Origin: an uncultured Dehalococcoidales bacterium
Lineage (GTDB): Bacteria; Chloroflexota; Dehalococcoidia; E44-bin15
Direction of reading: 5' to 3'
Assembly: GCA_964583545.1 (NCBI GenBank)
Contig: CAZOVW010000002.1
Span: forward strand, 1 to 44,097
Length of the DNA stretch: 44,097 nt
How positions within the stretch are numbered: the first letter of the stretch is position 1; every line of letters begins with the position of its first letter. Position numbers and translations under genes: made by a program. Of the stretch, positions 9,580 through 19,307 are shown one piece after another. The notes beneath the pieces were generated by a model. That model was not told the origin of the DNA, did not search any database, and saw nothing but the letters and a program-made list of their open reading frames with translations.

Positions 9580-11343
9580 ATGGCTTATGATGCCGTGAAA
9601 ATGAAGGACTGGCAGATCTCTGAGGCTGCCGAAGCTAACATGCCCACCCCCGATGAGTGGCGGGAAAGGCTGAACCTTGAGAAGGACGAGATCATTCCTT
9701 ATGGAAGGCTATGCAGGCTCGATTTCATGAAGATTTTCGAGCGCCTCAAGGACAGGCCCGATGGCAAGTACATTGAGGTGACTGCCATTACCCCTACGCC
9801 GCTGGGAGAGGGAAAGACCACCACCACGATGGGCATCCTGGAGGGGCTGGGCAAGCGAGGGAAGAATGTCGGCGGCTGCATCCGCCAGCCCTCGGGCGGC
9901 CCCACCATGAATATCAAAGGAACCGCAGCTGGCGGCGGCAATGCGCTGCTCATTCCCATGACCGAATTTTCTATGGGGCTTACCGGCGACATCAACGACA
10001 TCATGAATGCCCACAACCTGGCTATGGTGGCCCTTACCTCCAGGATGATGCACGAGCGCAACTACAATGACGAGCAACTGGCCAGGCTCACCAGGATGCG
10101 ACGCCTGGACATTGACCCCACCAGGGTGGAGATGGGCTGGATTATGGATTTCTGCGCTCAGAGCCTGAGAAATATCGTCATCGGCCTCGGCGGCCGCATG
10201 GACGGCTTCACCATGCAGTCCAAGTTCGGCATCGCTGTGAGCTCCGAGCTCATGGCCATGCTCTCCATCGTCAGGGACTTGGAGGACCTGCGGGAGAGAA
10301 TGGATAACATTACCGTGGCCTTCGACAAGAGCGGCAAGCCGATTACCACCGGAGACCTGGAGGTGGGGGGCGCCATGACCGCCTGGATGCGCAACACTAT
10401 CAACCCCACCCTGTGTTGCACGGTGGAGTATCAGCCGTGCATGGTCCACGCCGGTCCCTTTGCCAACATCGCCGTGGGTCAGTCCTCCATCATCGCTGAC
10501 CGCATCGGACTGAAGATGTTTGACTACCATGTAACCGAGAGTGGCTTCGCCGCAGACATCGGCTTTGAGAAGTTCTGGAACGTCAAGTGCCGCTTGAGTG
10601 GCCTCAAGCCGCACGTCTCGGTGCTCACCACTACCATCCGCGCCCTTAAGATGCACGGCGGCGGTCCCAAGGTAGTGGCTGGCATTCCTCTGCCCGATTC
10701 CTACACTAAAGAGGACCTGCGGCTCCTGGAAAAGGGCCTCCCTAATATGCTGCACCACATCAATGTCATCAGAACTTCCGGTATCAACCCGGTAGTTTGC
10801 ATCAATTCTTTCCATACCGATACCAAGGATGAGATCGCCATGGTGAGGAAGGCAGCTGAGGAAGCTGGGGCGCGCTGTGCTGTAGCTACGCATTGGGCCG
10901 ATGGCGGCGATGGCGCCCTGGAGCTGGCTGATACCGTGATGGAAGCCTGCGAAGCGGAGAGCGAATTCAAGTTCCTCTATCCCTTGGAGATGAAGCTGAG
11001 GGAGCGGGTCGATAAGATCGCTAAGGTGGTCTACGGGGCCGATGGAGTGGCATGGACCGCGGATGCCGAGGCCAGAGCCAAATCACTGGAGGGCGATCCA
11101 AAATATGATGATTACACTACCATGATGGTGAAGACCCACCTGAGCCTCACCCATGATCCGGCGGTAAAAGGGGTCCCCAAGGGATGGAGCCTGCCCATTC
11201 GCGATGTGTTGATCTACTCCGGTGCTAAGTTCCTGTGTCCCTGCGCCGGTACCATCAGCCTAATGCCGGGAACCAGTTCCGATCCGGCCTTTAGAAAGGT
11301 TGACGTCGATACCAAGACGGGCAAAGTAATGGGTCTATTCTAA
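9580..11343 (+). CDS. fhs: Formate--tetrahydrofolate ligase
   Basis: 587 aa. P-loop [11 protein letters not shown] and full-length FTHFS-type sequence. Confidence 0.95.
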   Translation: MAYDAVKMKDWQISEAAEANMPTPDEWRERLNLEKDEIIPYGRLCRLDFMKIFERLKDRPDGKYIEVTAITPTPLGEGKTTTTMGILEGLGKRGKNVGGCIRQPSGGPTMNIKGTAAGGGNALLIPMTEFSMGLTGDINDIMNAHNLAMVALTSRMMHERNYNDEQLARLTRMRRLDIDPTRVEMGWIMDFCAQSLRNIVIGLGGRMDGFTMQSKFGIAVSSELMAMLSIVRDLEDLRERMDNITVAFDKSGKPITTGDLEVGGAMTAWMRNTINPTLCCTVEYQPCMVHAGPFANIAVGQSSIIADRIGLKMFDYHVTESGFAADIGFEKFWNVKCRLSGLKPHVSVLTTTIRALKMHGGGPKVVAGIPLPDSYTKEDLRLLEKGLPNMLHHINVIRTSGINPVVCINSFHTDTKDEIAMVRKAAEEAGARCAVATHWADGGDGALELADTVMEACEAESEFKFLYPLEMKLRERVDKIAKVVYGADGVAWTADAEARAKSLEGDPKYDDYTTMMVKTHLSLTHDPAVKGVPKGWSLPIRDVLIYSGAKFLCPCAGTISLMPGTSSDPAFRKVDVDTKTGKVMGLF

Positions 11344-11365
11344 GCAGGCTAATAAAAAGGGCGAA

Positions 11366-11394
11366 AAAGGGCGGCGCTCAGCGCCGCCCTTTCT
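11366..11394. terminator. Bidirectional intrinsic terminator between convergent fhs and ferredoxin genes
   Basis: aaaGGGCGGCGC-tca-GCGCCGCCCttt: a perfect 9-bp GC stem extended by A/T arms, with A-run and T-run flanks on both strands. Confidence 0.8.
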
Positions 11395-11420
11395 TACGTG
11401 TGGTGTTGGTCTACGTTGCT

Positions 11421-11657
11421 TTAATCCGCCACCACGCTAACCGTGATGGCATTCTTGGGGCATGTTTCCTCACAGATCTTGCATCCGGTACACAGGCTCG
11501 GGGAAACCGGCATTACCGCCCAGTTCCCCGCTGCTTTGCCCGGCTTTCGCCCATCCCGCGGATAGGTCATGAATACTCCTTGGGGACACGCATCAAGGCA
11601 CTTGCGGCAATCGCGCGGGGCGGTGCATTTCTTATCATCCCACTCTATTTTTATCAT
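11421..11657 (-). CDS. Small 2x[4Fe-4S] ferredoxin-like protein
   Basis: Carries CxxCxxxCP motifs (CRKCLDACP; CTGCKICEETCP). Start set at ATG 11657 (MIKIEWDDKKC), 4 nt after the upstream stop; the track ORF extends to 11717. Confidence 0.7.
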   Translation of the reverse strand: MIKIEWDDKKCTAPRDCRKCLDACPQGVFMTYPRDGRKPGKAAGNWAVMPVSPSLCTGCKICEETCPKNAITVSVVAD

Positions 11658-11661
11658 GGCA

Positions 11662-12474
11662 TCACCACTCGTTAGCCAGCACAGGGATCGCGTTGCGGTC
11701 AAACAGGGTAATCGCATCTCGCGGGCATGCTGTGCGGCACAGGCCGCAACCGAGACACTGCAGTTGGTTTACCGTGCACTTCTCTGAAGCATGTGAATAG
11801 TTGATCGCGCCGAAGTGGCAGAACTTGATGCAATCGCGGCAACCATTGCACTTCTCAATATCGATGGCGGTTACATACTCCGCCTTAAAGAAGGGCCGTT
11901 GCTCTCCGAACCGCATTGACCTGAAACTCAGACAATCCGTGGGGCTGCAGTTGCAGAGCGCGCCGATAAAGGGAGGGCCATAGCTCCACACAGTATGGAC
12001 CAGGCCCTGTCGGTCAAACTTATGGAACTCCCTCTTCGTCTCCTCATTGGTTAGTACATCCAGTTCCCTTGACACATCTGGCCACTGCTCGAACATATCT
12101 TTCCAGAAATCTGACTCGGCGGCAACAATGTGAAAGCAGAACCGAGCATCGCCCACGCCATGAAGGGCAGTCCGGCAGAGGCAGGGTGTCCTCACTATGT
12201 TGAGGGTCATATCCAGTATCTTTTCTACGTCTTCCAGAGGAATAACCTGTCCCCAGTGCATTTTCTTCATTTCCGTAAACGTCTTCCTGAGAGCCTCATC
12301 GGGGTTGTCTGACCTATCAAGAGCGGCCCAACCATGTGCCGCCCATGACTCAAGGTTCTCATATAGCCAAAGCGTGAACTGTCTTGCCTCATCCGTGAGC
12401 ACGTCCTCAAGGTAGTTTTTCACCTGAAGATACCATTTCTTTCCCTCACCGTGCTTAACACAAAACTCACACAT
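11662..12474 (-). CDS. 4Fe-4S dicluster domain protein with a Cys-containing N-terminal domain of unknown function
   Basis: 270 aa. Starts MCEFCVKHGEGKKWYL; two ferredoxin motifs near the C-terminus (CNGCRDCIKFC; CLGCGLCRTACP). Confidence 0.6.
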   Translation of the reverse strand: MCEFCVKHGEGKKWYLQVKNYLEDVLTDEARQFTLWLYENLESWAAHGWAALDRSDNPDEALRKTFTEMKKMHWGQVIPLEDVEKILDMTLNIVRTPCLCRTALHGVGDARFCFHIVAAESDFWKDMFEQWPDVSRELDVLTNEETKREFHKFDRQGLVHTVWSYGPPFIGALCNCSPTDCLSFRSMRFGEQRPFFKAEYVTAIDIEKCNGCRDCIKFCHFGAINYSHASEKCTVNQLQCLGCGLCRTACPRDAITLFDRNAIPVLANEW

Positions 12475-12550
12475 CGCCTTGCCCCCTCAGATATTTCTCC
12501 CGCTACTTATACCATAATCTCCCTGGAAGAGATTATCGGACATAAGTGCT

Positions 12551-13492
12551 TCAAAGGCGCATCGCTTTGATAGACTCCGTGTCACTCATATTGAGAACTT
12601 GTACTTTATTACTAATCCTTTTGATCAGCTTGGAGAGGACTATCCCAGGGCCAATCTCTATGAAGGTGGAGACTCCGCCCCCTACCATATATTCCACTGA
12701 GAGCTGCCACTGAACACAGTGACATAGCTGCTGTAGGAGCTCTTCTTTCACCTCATCGAGGGTGGTTACAGGCTTAGCCGTGCTGTTAGCCACGATGGGA
12801 ACTTCGGGCGAGCGAAAGTTAACTCGTGAGATGGCCTGGGCCATGCCTTCAATGGTAGGCTGCATCAGGGCGGAATGAAAAGCGCCGCTAACCTCAAGCG
12901 GTACTACGCCGACGGCTCCTCTCGACTGGGCCAAGTCCATGGAGCGTGCCACTGCCTCCCTAGTGCCACTGATAACCATCTGCCCTGGGCAGTTGATATT
13001 GGCAATCTGGGTGGCGGTCTCCAGGCATATCTCTGCCACGGATGCCTCGTGAAGACCAATGATCGCTGCCATGCCTCCGGGTTTACTCTTGCCTACCTCC
13101 TGCATCAAGCGCCCTCGTTCCCTGGCAAGGCGAACCGCATCAACAAATTCAAGGGCGTTTGCGGCCACCAGCGCGGTGTACTCACCAATGCTATGTCCGG
13201 CGACAAGGGCGGGCTTTAGCGCACCATTGAGCTCTGAAGTAGCTTTTAAGTAGGCAATGCTGACTGTCAGTATTGCTGGCTGGGCATTAATGGTTTCGCG
13301 GAGTTCCTCCTCAGGACCTTCAAAACAAAGTCGGGACAGGGGAAATTGAAGCACTTGATCGGCCTCCTCGAAGACCTGCCTGGCCTGACGTGAACTCTGA
13401 TAAAGTTCGTAGCCCATCCCAACTGCCTGTGAGCCTTGTCCGGGAAAGACATAAGCAATCTTGCTTATCGGCCTTGTCTCTGGTTCAGCCAT
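12551..13492 (-). CDS. fabD: Malonyl-CoA:ACP transacylase
   Basis: 313 aa. FPGQGSQ and active-site GHSIGEY motifs. Confidence 0.9.
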   Translation of the reverse strand: MAEPETRPISKIAYVFPGQGSQAVGMGYELYQSSRQARQVFEEADQVLQFPLSRLCFEGPEEELRETINAQPAILTVSIAYLKATSELNGALKPALVAGHSIGEYTALVAANALEFVDAVRLARERGRLMQEVGKSKPGGMAAIIGLHEASVAEICLETATQIANINCPGQMVISGTREAVARSMDLAQSRGAVGVVPLEVSGAFHSALMQPTIEGMAQAISRVNFRSPEVPIVANSTAKPVTTLDEVKEELLQQLCHCVQWQLSVEYMVGGGVSTFIEIGPGIVLSKLIKRISNKVQVLNMSDTESIKAMRL

Positions 13493-13508
13493 GAGTTGTC
13501 TCCATTAG

Positions 13509-14102
13509 TCAATAGTAACTGAAATCCTCCGCAATAATCCATTCAATTTCATTGTCGTCTTTAAGGACGGAAATAATATGATTTTTGTAATGCAATTGCT
13601 CGACTCGAAAGAAGCGATCTCGATACTCCAAGACAATATGATTCTCATCGGGAACCGAGATTACCCGACAGGTCTTTAACCCACCGATGCCGATTCCGAT
13701 AGCTTTTAGAGTCGCTTCTTTTGCAGTCCAATAGCGAAAAAAGGTATCCCAAGACCTGTCTTTGCTTAACTCCCATTCTCCGTCGCTTGCCACATGGCTA
13801 AAGATAGATTCGGACCGAGGCTTTATTTCTTCAATATCGATCCCGATCTTTTCCTTACTGACAACCGCTGTCACGTACTTCGATTTATGGGAGAGGGACC
13901 AATAATTGCCATCAAATGGGCACGGGACATCGTTTTCATCTTTCAGTAGCTCTCCAAGTATCACTCCGCTCTTTTCCGCACTCAATCTTAATGCCTCTCT
14001 CGAAATTCTGCTTAGCCTGGCCACTTTTTCTCTTCCAGAGAGTTTATGTCCAACCTCGGCAACTGTCAGGATTACCGGAAATAGAGTCATTGGTCTGGTC
14101 AA
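13509..14102 (-). CDS. 4'-phosphopantetheinyl transferase, Sfp-type
   Basis: 197 aa. IGIDIEE and [10 protein letters not shown] motifs. The TTG start overlaps the fabI-like stop (TTGA); an alternative ATG lies at 14090. Confidence 0.75.
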   Translation of the reverse strand: MTRPMTLFPVILTVAEVGHKLSGREKVARLSRISREALRLSAEKSGVILGELLKDENDVPCPFDGNYWSLSHKSKYVTAVVSKEKIGIDIEEIKPRSESIFSHVASDGEWELSKDRSWDTFFRYWTAKEATLKAIGIGIGGLKTCRVISVPDENHIVLEYRDRFFRVEQLHYKNHIISVLKDDNEIEWIIAEDFSYY

Positions 14103-14899
14103 ACCCTCATTACCTTATTGATGATATCTTTGTCGAAGTAGTTGGTCGCCATTCCACAATCGACGATGATGCCTTGGGCATTAATGCCGCTCGATCGGTC
14201 GCTCAAAAGAAATGCCACTGTATTGGCCACTTCTTTGGTGGTTAGAGCTTTTTTGCGTAGCGTTAATTGTTCGGCATAAAGGTAGTAGTCCAGGTATCCT
14301 GGTATCCCTGCGGATGCGGAGGTTTTCAACAGCCCGGGATTGACTGAGTTGAACCTGACTTGAGAAAACGAACTGAAGGACTTGGCCAGAAAGCATATTG
14401 TCGAATCCAGAGCAGACTTTACAGGTGCCATCCAACCATAAGGTTCGGCTGCCATTCTTGTGGTTGAGATTGATATGGTAACTACAGATGCCTTCTTATC
14501 CAGGAGGTCTTTAAATGCGTTGGCAATACTAATTAACGAGTAACAGGATATGTCAACAGATTGCAGGAAGTCTTTCCTCTTTGTTTCGTGAAACGGCTTA
14601 AGTCCACCTTCGTAGTTGGCAAAAGCAATGGAATGAACAATGCCATGAAGCGTGGCATACTTTTGGGAGATGTCTTTCGCTAGTTTTGTGATCTGGTGTT
14701 CCTGTTCCACATCACATATATAGATGTCTGCATCAGGAAAAAGCTTGGAAACACTTTCCTTTATTTTTGCAGACTGAACTGCATAGACGACCTCTGCCTT
14801 TGCCTCAGAGAGAACCTGGCCCACAGAGTAGGCCACGCTCTTCTTGTTAGCCACACCAAAAACGAGGATGGTCTTATTCTCAATACCTAAGAAATCCAT
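14099..14899 (-). CDS. fabI: Enoyl-ACP reductase, FabI-like SDR
   Basis: 266 aa. N-terminus [18 protein letters not shown] is FabI-type. A Tyr-x6-Lys is present (YGWMAPVK). Confidence 0.65.
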   Translation of the reverse strand: MDFLGIENKTILVFGVANKKSVAYSVGQVLSEAKAEVVYAVQSAKIKESVSKLFPDADIYICDVEQEHQITKLAKDISQKYATLHGIVHSIAFANYEGGLKPFHETKRKDFLQSVDISCYSLISIANAFKDLLDKKASVVTISISTTRMAAEPYGWMAPVKSALDSTICFLAKSFSSFSQVRFNSVNPGLLKTSASAGIPGYLDYYLYAEQLTLRKKALTTKEVANTVAFLLSDRSSGINAQGIIVDCGMATNYFDKDIINKVMRV

Positions 14900-14916
14900 A
14901 CGATTTCCTTTAAACT

Positions 14917-15342
14917 TTAGATTCCAGGTTTAGCTAAGCTAACAGCAAATTCAACCGTTACCACCGTCTTTCCTGCGACTGACGCGCTGCCCTTCAGGAA
15001 AAAGGCATTGCCCACTTTTTCCACCAACTCGGCTTCCATTTCTAAGAGGTCACCCGGCTTGACCATATTTTTGAACTTGGCGTTGCTAATTCGGGTCAGC
15101 ACAGGGGTACCATCGCCAACATCACCAATAATGCTGGAGAGCAGAATCGCCCCAGTTTGAAAAATGGACTCACAAGTAAGTACCCCTGGCATAATCGGAT
15201 TTCCTGGGTAATGCCCCTTGAAAAATGCTTCCTGGGAGCCTATCTCTTTTGTTGCTTTGATTTTCGTTGCTGTTAACTCTACGATTTTATCGACGAACAA
15301 AAAGGGTGGACGATGAGGTATCGCCTTCAAGACTTGCTCCAT
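14917..15342 (-). CDS. fabZ: 3-hydroxyacyl-ACP dehydratase, FabZ-like hotdog fold
   Basis: 141 aa. [11 protein letters not shown] and [13 protein letters not shown] motifs. Confidence 0.85.
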   Translation of the reverse strand: MEQVLKAIPHRPPFLFVDKIVELTATKIKATKEIGSQEAFFKGHYPGNPIMPGVLTCESIFQTGAILLSSIIGDVGDGTPVLTRISNAKFKNMVKPGDLLEMEAELVEKVGNAFFLKGSASVAGKTVVTVEFAVSLAKPGI

Positions 15343-15343
15343 T

Positions 15344-16084
15344 TCATAAACCTCCAGTCACCTCAAGGGTAGAACCGTTAACGTATGACGCCTCTCTAGA
15401 AGCCAAGAAAAGAACGCAAGCAGCGACCTCCTCAGGCTTCCCGAATCTCTTTAAGGGGATCTGGGCTATATAAGAATCGCGTAATTCATTAGGAAGGTCT
15501 TGAATTAATTCGGTGGCGATAAATCCCGGCGAGACGCAATTGACCGTAATGCCGCGGCTGGCGACTTCCTTGGACAATGATTTGGTCAACGCAACTAGGC
15601 CTGCTTTTGCGGCGGCATAGTTTGCCTGGCCTTCAAAGCCATACTTGCCGGAAGGAGAGGTTATATTAATAATCCGTCCATATCGTTTGCGCATCAAGCT
15701 CATGACCGCAAACTTGCACATGTAAAAGACTCCGTTGAGATTGACATTCAGCACATCATGCCACTGCGATTCTTTCATCATGGCCAGGACAGCGTCCTTC
15801 CGAATACCTGCATTGTTGACAAGTACTTCGAATCCTTCATATTTCTTGTCTATGTATTCAAAAAACTTTTCAACCTCTTCATATTTAGCTACGTCATATT
15901 TTTGGATATCAATATTTTTAGCGAACTCGCTGTTGTCTTGCTTAAATTGTGCCGCAGCAGCTTCGTTTGCGGAGTAGGTGACAATAACTCGGGCACCAGC
16001 TTTCAGGAAACTCTCCGCAATGCTTTTGCCTATCCCTCTCGTGCCACCAGTGACGATGACGGTCTGCCCTTTAAAATCATACAT
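15344..16084 (-). CDS. fabG: 3-oxoacyl-ACP reductase, FabG-like SDR
   Basis: TGGTRGIG, NNAG and YAAAKAG motifs. Start set at ATG 16084 (MYDFKGQ), downstream of the preceding stop at 16108; the track ORF extends to 16111. Confidence 0.85.
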   Translation of the reverse strand: MYDFKGQTVIVTGGTRGIGKSIAESFLKAGARVIVTYSANEAAAAQFKQDNSEFAKNIDIQKYDVAKYEEVEKFFEYIDKKYEGFEVLVNNAGIRKDAVLAMMKESQWHDVLNVNLNGVFYMCKFAVMSLMRKRYGRIINITSPSGKYGFEGQANYAAAKAGLVALTKSLSKEVASRGITVNCVSPGFIATELIQDLPNELRDSYIAQIPLKRFGKPEEVAACVLFLASREASYVNGSTLEVTGGL

Positions 16085-16107
16085 CTGGGGCCCCCTGCAA
16101 GCCGAAA

Positions 16108-17514
16108 TCAAGACCGCAAATATTCGTCAGCATTATTCGAGACAATCACCCCATAGTTGGCCGCGCCCAACCAACCGGACATAATAATTCCCACCGACCC
16201 GGTATGGAAAAGTCCGGGTATCTCTTCGGGAAGTCCCATGCTGATTTTTAATCCTTCAAATTTGGTGCCAAAAGAAGCGCCACATTCGTGAAGAGTGTAC
16301 CTCTGAAATGTTTTTGGGGTAGCAGCTTCTACATAATCGATTTTCTCTTGGACTCCAGGAATATATTTCTCTAAAGCATCGAGTGTCGATTCGATTAATT
16401 CCTCTTTAGATGTGCGGTATTCTTCCTCGGACAGGCTTGCCCAGTCTTCGTAGTTTGCATTAGTCGAAGAAACAATCGAGTACATGTCAGAGCCTGGTCG
16501 GGTTTCTGGATAATAGATGGAGAAGGTCCGGCTGGTGATATTTTTGCTGCAAAGTTTTTCGGAATCGAATTTTTCTGCTACTGAGGTAAAAAGCAAATCA
16601 CCTATGTAGTCGAATCCTTCACCTTTTTTGATACCTATATAGACCTGGCAACTGCTGTTATTGAGGCGTACCTTTCTTGCCTCTTCAATGAAGCTTCCAG
16701 AAAAGTGCTCGTCCCCGACGAGTTTATGAATGGTCGATTTTAAATTACCGTTGGAGACAGCAGCCTTACACTTGATCATCTTTCCATTAGCGATTACTCC
16801 CGATACTTTTTGATCCTGGATGACAATTTTTTCCACCAGACACTTAGTCCGAATATCGACACCATTTCTTATTAGCTCAGCCTGCATCTCTCCAATAAAC
16901 TTGTCTGTCCCGCCTCGAACGGTATAAACGCCTTTACTCATGAAGTTGGAAAACACGATTCCATAAGTTATCGCTGGGTCATCTAGAGTTGATCCATTCG
17001 CATAGGTGATCGGTTCCATTAGCAGGCGGACAACATCGTCACGGCCAGGAAAGAACTTTTGAAAAAGCTCTCTGGTTGTCATGGTTTGGTCATCATAGAA
17101 ATTCATATCTCTGGCTGTATTGAAAAAGCTTTCAATATTCTCTCGGGGTATTTCGAATCGCTCCTGCAGGATGCGCGTGAAATCCTCCCTATCGTAAGTC
17201 GTTGTAAGGGAGAACTGAGGGTTGTCAAACCTAATTCCCTTGAGTTGAACAATCATGTTAGCAATTTCAGGGGTCCAGTACTTACGGCAGGTCTTAATCA
17301 TGCCGACTGGAAATCCATGCAAGGAGATATCGAAGATGTGCCCCCCTTTCCTCTTGAACCAGGTAGCCAATCCACCGAGCTGATGGTGATGTTCCAGAAG
17401 TAAAACTGAATGGCCGTTTTTCGCTAGTATGTTTGCACAAGTCAGTCCAGCCAATCCACTGCCAATGACGATGGCATCATATTCTGGCTTTGTGTCTTTG
17501 AACCGATCGCTCAT
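16108..17514 (-). CDS. FAD/NAD(P)-binding oxidoreductase, phytoene desaturase (CrtI)/RetSat family, copy 2
   Basis: About 468 aa. Dinucleotide fold [15 protein letters not shown]...[11 protein letters not shown]. Start preferred at ATG 17514 (GGGAAGG 6 nt upstream); the track start is TTG 17520. Confidence 0.75.
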   Translation of the reverse strand: MSDRFKDTKPEYDAIVIGSGLAGLTCANILAKNGHSVLLLEHHHQLGGLATWFKRKGGHIFDISLHGFPVGMIKTCRKYWTPEIANMIVQLKGIRFDNPQFSLTTTYDREDFTRILQERFEIPRENIESFFNTARDMNFYDDQTMTTRELFQKFFPGRDDVVRLLMEPITYANGSTLDDPAITYGIVFSNFMSKGVYTVRGGTDKFIGEMQAELIRNGVDIRTKCLVEKIVIQDQKVSGVIANGKMIKCKAAVSNGNLKSTIHKLVGDEHFSGSFIEEARKVRLNNSSCQVYIGIKKGEGFDYIGDLLFTSVAEKFDSEKLCSKNITSRTFSIYYPETRPGSDMYSIVSSTNANYEDWASLSEEEYRTSKEELIESTLDALEKYIPGVQEKIDYVEAATPKTFQRYTLHECGASFGTKFEGLKISMGLPEEIPGLFHTGSVGIIMSGWLGAANYGVIVSNNADEYLRS

Positions 17515-17532
17515 CAGCAACCTTCCCTCTTC

Positions 17533-18918
17533 TTATCCCTTCTGTAGTATGTGAAGATTTGCCATGGAGACACCGCTAAGCATTGCTCCGACGATTCCCA
17601 GAAATCCTTGGTCCGTGCCACAAATAAACAGGTTATCTAAATGAGTTCTTCCTGTCTTGATTTTATTTGGAGTCCCATATACTGCGCCGTTTAAGTGACT
17701 GGTGAATCTGTAAATCGTTTTAGGAGTGAATACATCCGAATAAACGATTGAATCACGAAAATCTGGCACGAATTTTACCACCTCTTTAAGCGTGGTTTCA
17801 AGCCAGGCAGCTTTTTGGGCTTTATACTCTTCTTCACCTAGCTTGTTCCAGAGATCGAAATTAGCCATGTTGGTTACCCTGATCATGGCTTCGGGCAGTG
17901 GGCTTTCGAAGTGAAAATTGTTAGGGCAGCATATAACACCACTTGAAACATCAACCAAATCGTCTGGTTTTCTATAATTGAATTTATCCGAGTTATTAAA
18001 AAAGGTGATTGTTGTGTCATAGCCCATTTCAGCAAGTTCTCTATCCAAGATCATAATAAACTCTATGAATGAAAGTTGCCCCACATCACACTTGAATCTC
18101 GTAGGGTCATAGTCAGACAAAAGCCTCATGGTTTCAACATAACCAGCCGATGATATTATCTTATCAGCCGTCAGCACTTCACCATTATCGAGTAATATCG
18201 ACTCAACCTTGCTGTTAGCAACTTGAATACTTTGCACCCCGCACTTTAGCCTTAATTCGCCGCCGTTATCTTTATATTTCTTGACTAGTACATCGAGTAT
18301 CTGCCGGACACCAGCTTGGGGCCTGGCAAAACCTTCGCAGAAGATACTATTGAACATGATAACGAACTGCCCGAATTCCATGTCATTTTCCTGGGCATTG
18401 CCGTAGTACATGAGTGGGCAAAAGATCATATCAATGAGGAGCGGGTCAGAAATAATCGAGCTCACAACTTCGCAAGCCGAGATTGGTTTTGCATCCAGGG
18501 CCAATGCGTCATATTCAGAAATAGTTTTAAGCAACTTTTGAAAGTTGTCAGCTTGCGCTGGAAAATTCTCGACTACCTCTTGGGCAAAAAAGTCTAGGTT
18601 GTTATTAAATCTCAAGGTTTTCTCTGGGAATTTAACCACTGACATCCGTTGTTGGCAGAGAGCAAAATCTTCAACTTTTAGCTTGAGCTGTCGCAGTAAC
18701 TTTGGCAGTGGCGTTGCTTTGATACCTTTGGGAACATAATTGGTCATTGCATGAAGACCAACATCAAATTTATGTCCGTCCCGGCTATAGAATGAATTTA
18801 ATCCCCCGACACGATAATGTTTTTCGAGGATGCAAACCTTCTTACCGTAGTAGGCCAATCTAATGCCGGCGGCAAGACCAGACATTCCTGCGCCAATAAT
18901 GAGAACGTCGTAACTCAT
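17533..18918 (-). CDS. FAD/NAD(P)-binding oxidoreductase, phytoene desaturase (CrtI)/RetSat family, copy 1
   Basis: 461 aa. YDVLIIGAGMSGLAAG...ILEKHYRVGG. Paralogous in architecture to the downstream gene. Confidence 0.75.
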   Translation of the reverse strand: MSYDVLIIGAGMSGLAAGIRLAYYGKKVCILEKHYRVGGLNSFYSRDGHKFDVGLHAMTNYVPKGIKATPLPKLLRQLKLKVEDFALCQQRMSVVKFPEKTLRFNNNLDFFAQEVVENFPAQADNFQKLLKTISEYDALALDAKPISACEVVSSIISDPLLIDMIFCPLMYYGNAQENDMEFGQFVIMFNSIFCEGFARPQAGVRQILDVLVKKYKDNGGELRLKCGVQSIQVANSKVESILLDNGEVLTADKIISSAGYVETMRLLSDYDPTRFKCDVGQLSFIEFIMILDRELAEMGYDTTITFFNNSDKFNYRKPDDLVDVSSGVICCPNNFHFESPLPEAMIRVTNMANFDLWNKLGEEEYKAQKAAWLETTLKEVVKFVPDFRDSIVYSDVFTPKTIYRFTSHLNGAVYGTPNKIKTGRTHLDNLFICGTDQGFLGIVGAMLSGVSMANLHILQKG

Positions 18919-18939
18919 AGTTAGGCCCTATAGAGAGAC

Positions 18940-18965
18940 TTCTCCCCCGTTTCGCAAGGGGAGAA
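18940..18965 (-). promoter_or_regulatory. Stem-loop in the acp-to-crtI-like spacer
   Basis: TTCTCCCC (18940-18947) pairs with GGGGAGAA (18958-18965), with a 10-nt loop. No U-tract follows on the minus strand. Confidence 0.35.
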
Positions 18966-19037
18966 AATTATGTGGACCTTCGATTCTTTGGTGAAATGAG
19001 GTGGAATAATGTATTTCGGTTCGCTGACATCTAATGG

Positions 19038-19289
19038 CTACATATCTTTCATCAGTGGCTCTAAATAAGCCACAGCGCCGTCCAATGTAGATAATCGCAT
19101 ATAGTCGTCTTCCGGCACCATGATACGGTAGCGTTTTCGCAACTCCATGATGATGTCCAAAAAATCCATCGAGTCCATTTCGATTTGATCTCGTATGGGG
19201 ACATCACTCTTAAGATCGCTCAAATCTTCGTCCGGTAAAATTTGGTGGATGAACTCTAAAATCTTGGATCTAATTTCCTCTGCTTTCAT
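19038..19289 (-). CDS. Acyl carrier protein (atypical, cluster-specific)
   Basis: 83 aa. The phosphopantetheine-Ser context EMDSMDFLDIIMEL differs from housekeeping AcpP (DLGADSLDTVELV). Confidence 0.8.
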   Translation of the reverse strand: MKAEEIRSKILEFIHQILPDEDLSDLKSDVPIRDQIEMDSMDFLDIIMELRKRYRIMVPEDDYMRLSTLDGAVAYLEPLMKDM

Positions 19290-19307
19290 ATGTTTCTTAG
19301 CCCTCTA

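Noticed and set aside
9709-10893. 394-aa antisense ORF inside fhs. Similar long antisense ORFs occur at 8105-8806, 25648-26385, 32962-33630, 33980-34540, 36655-37272 and 40291-40908.
   Set aside because: Each lies wholly opposite a confidently identified gene. Their composition is Gly/Ala/Arg/His-rich with no recognisable motifs, which is typical of shadow ORFs in GC-rich coding DNA.
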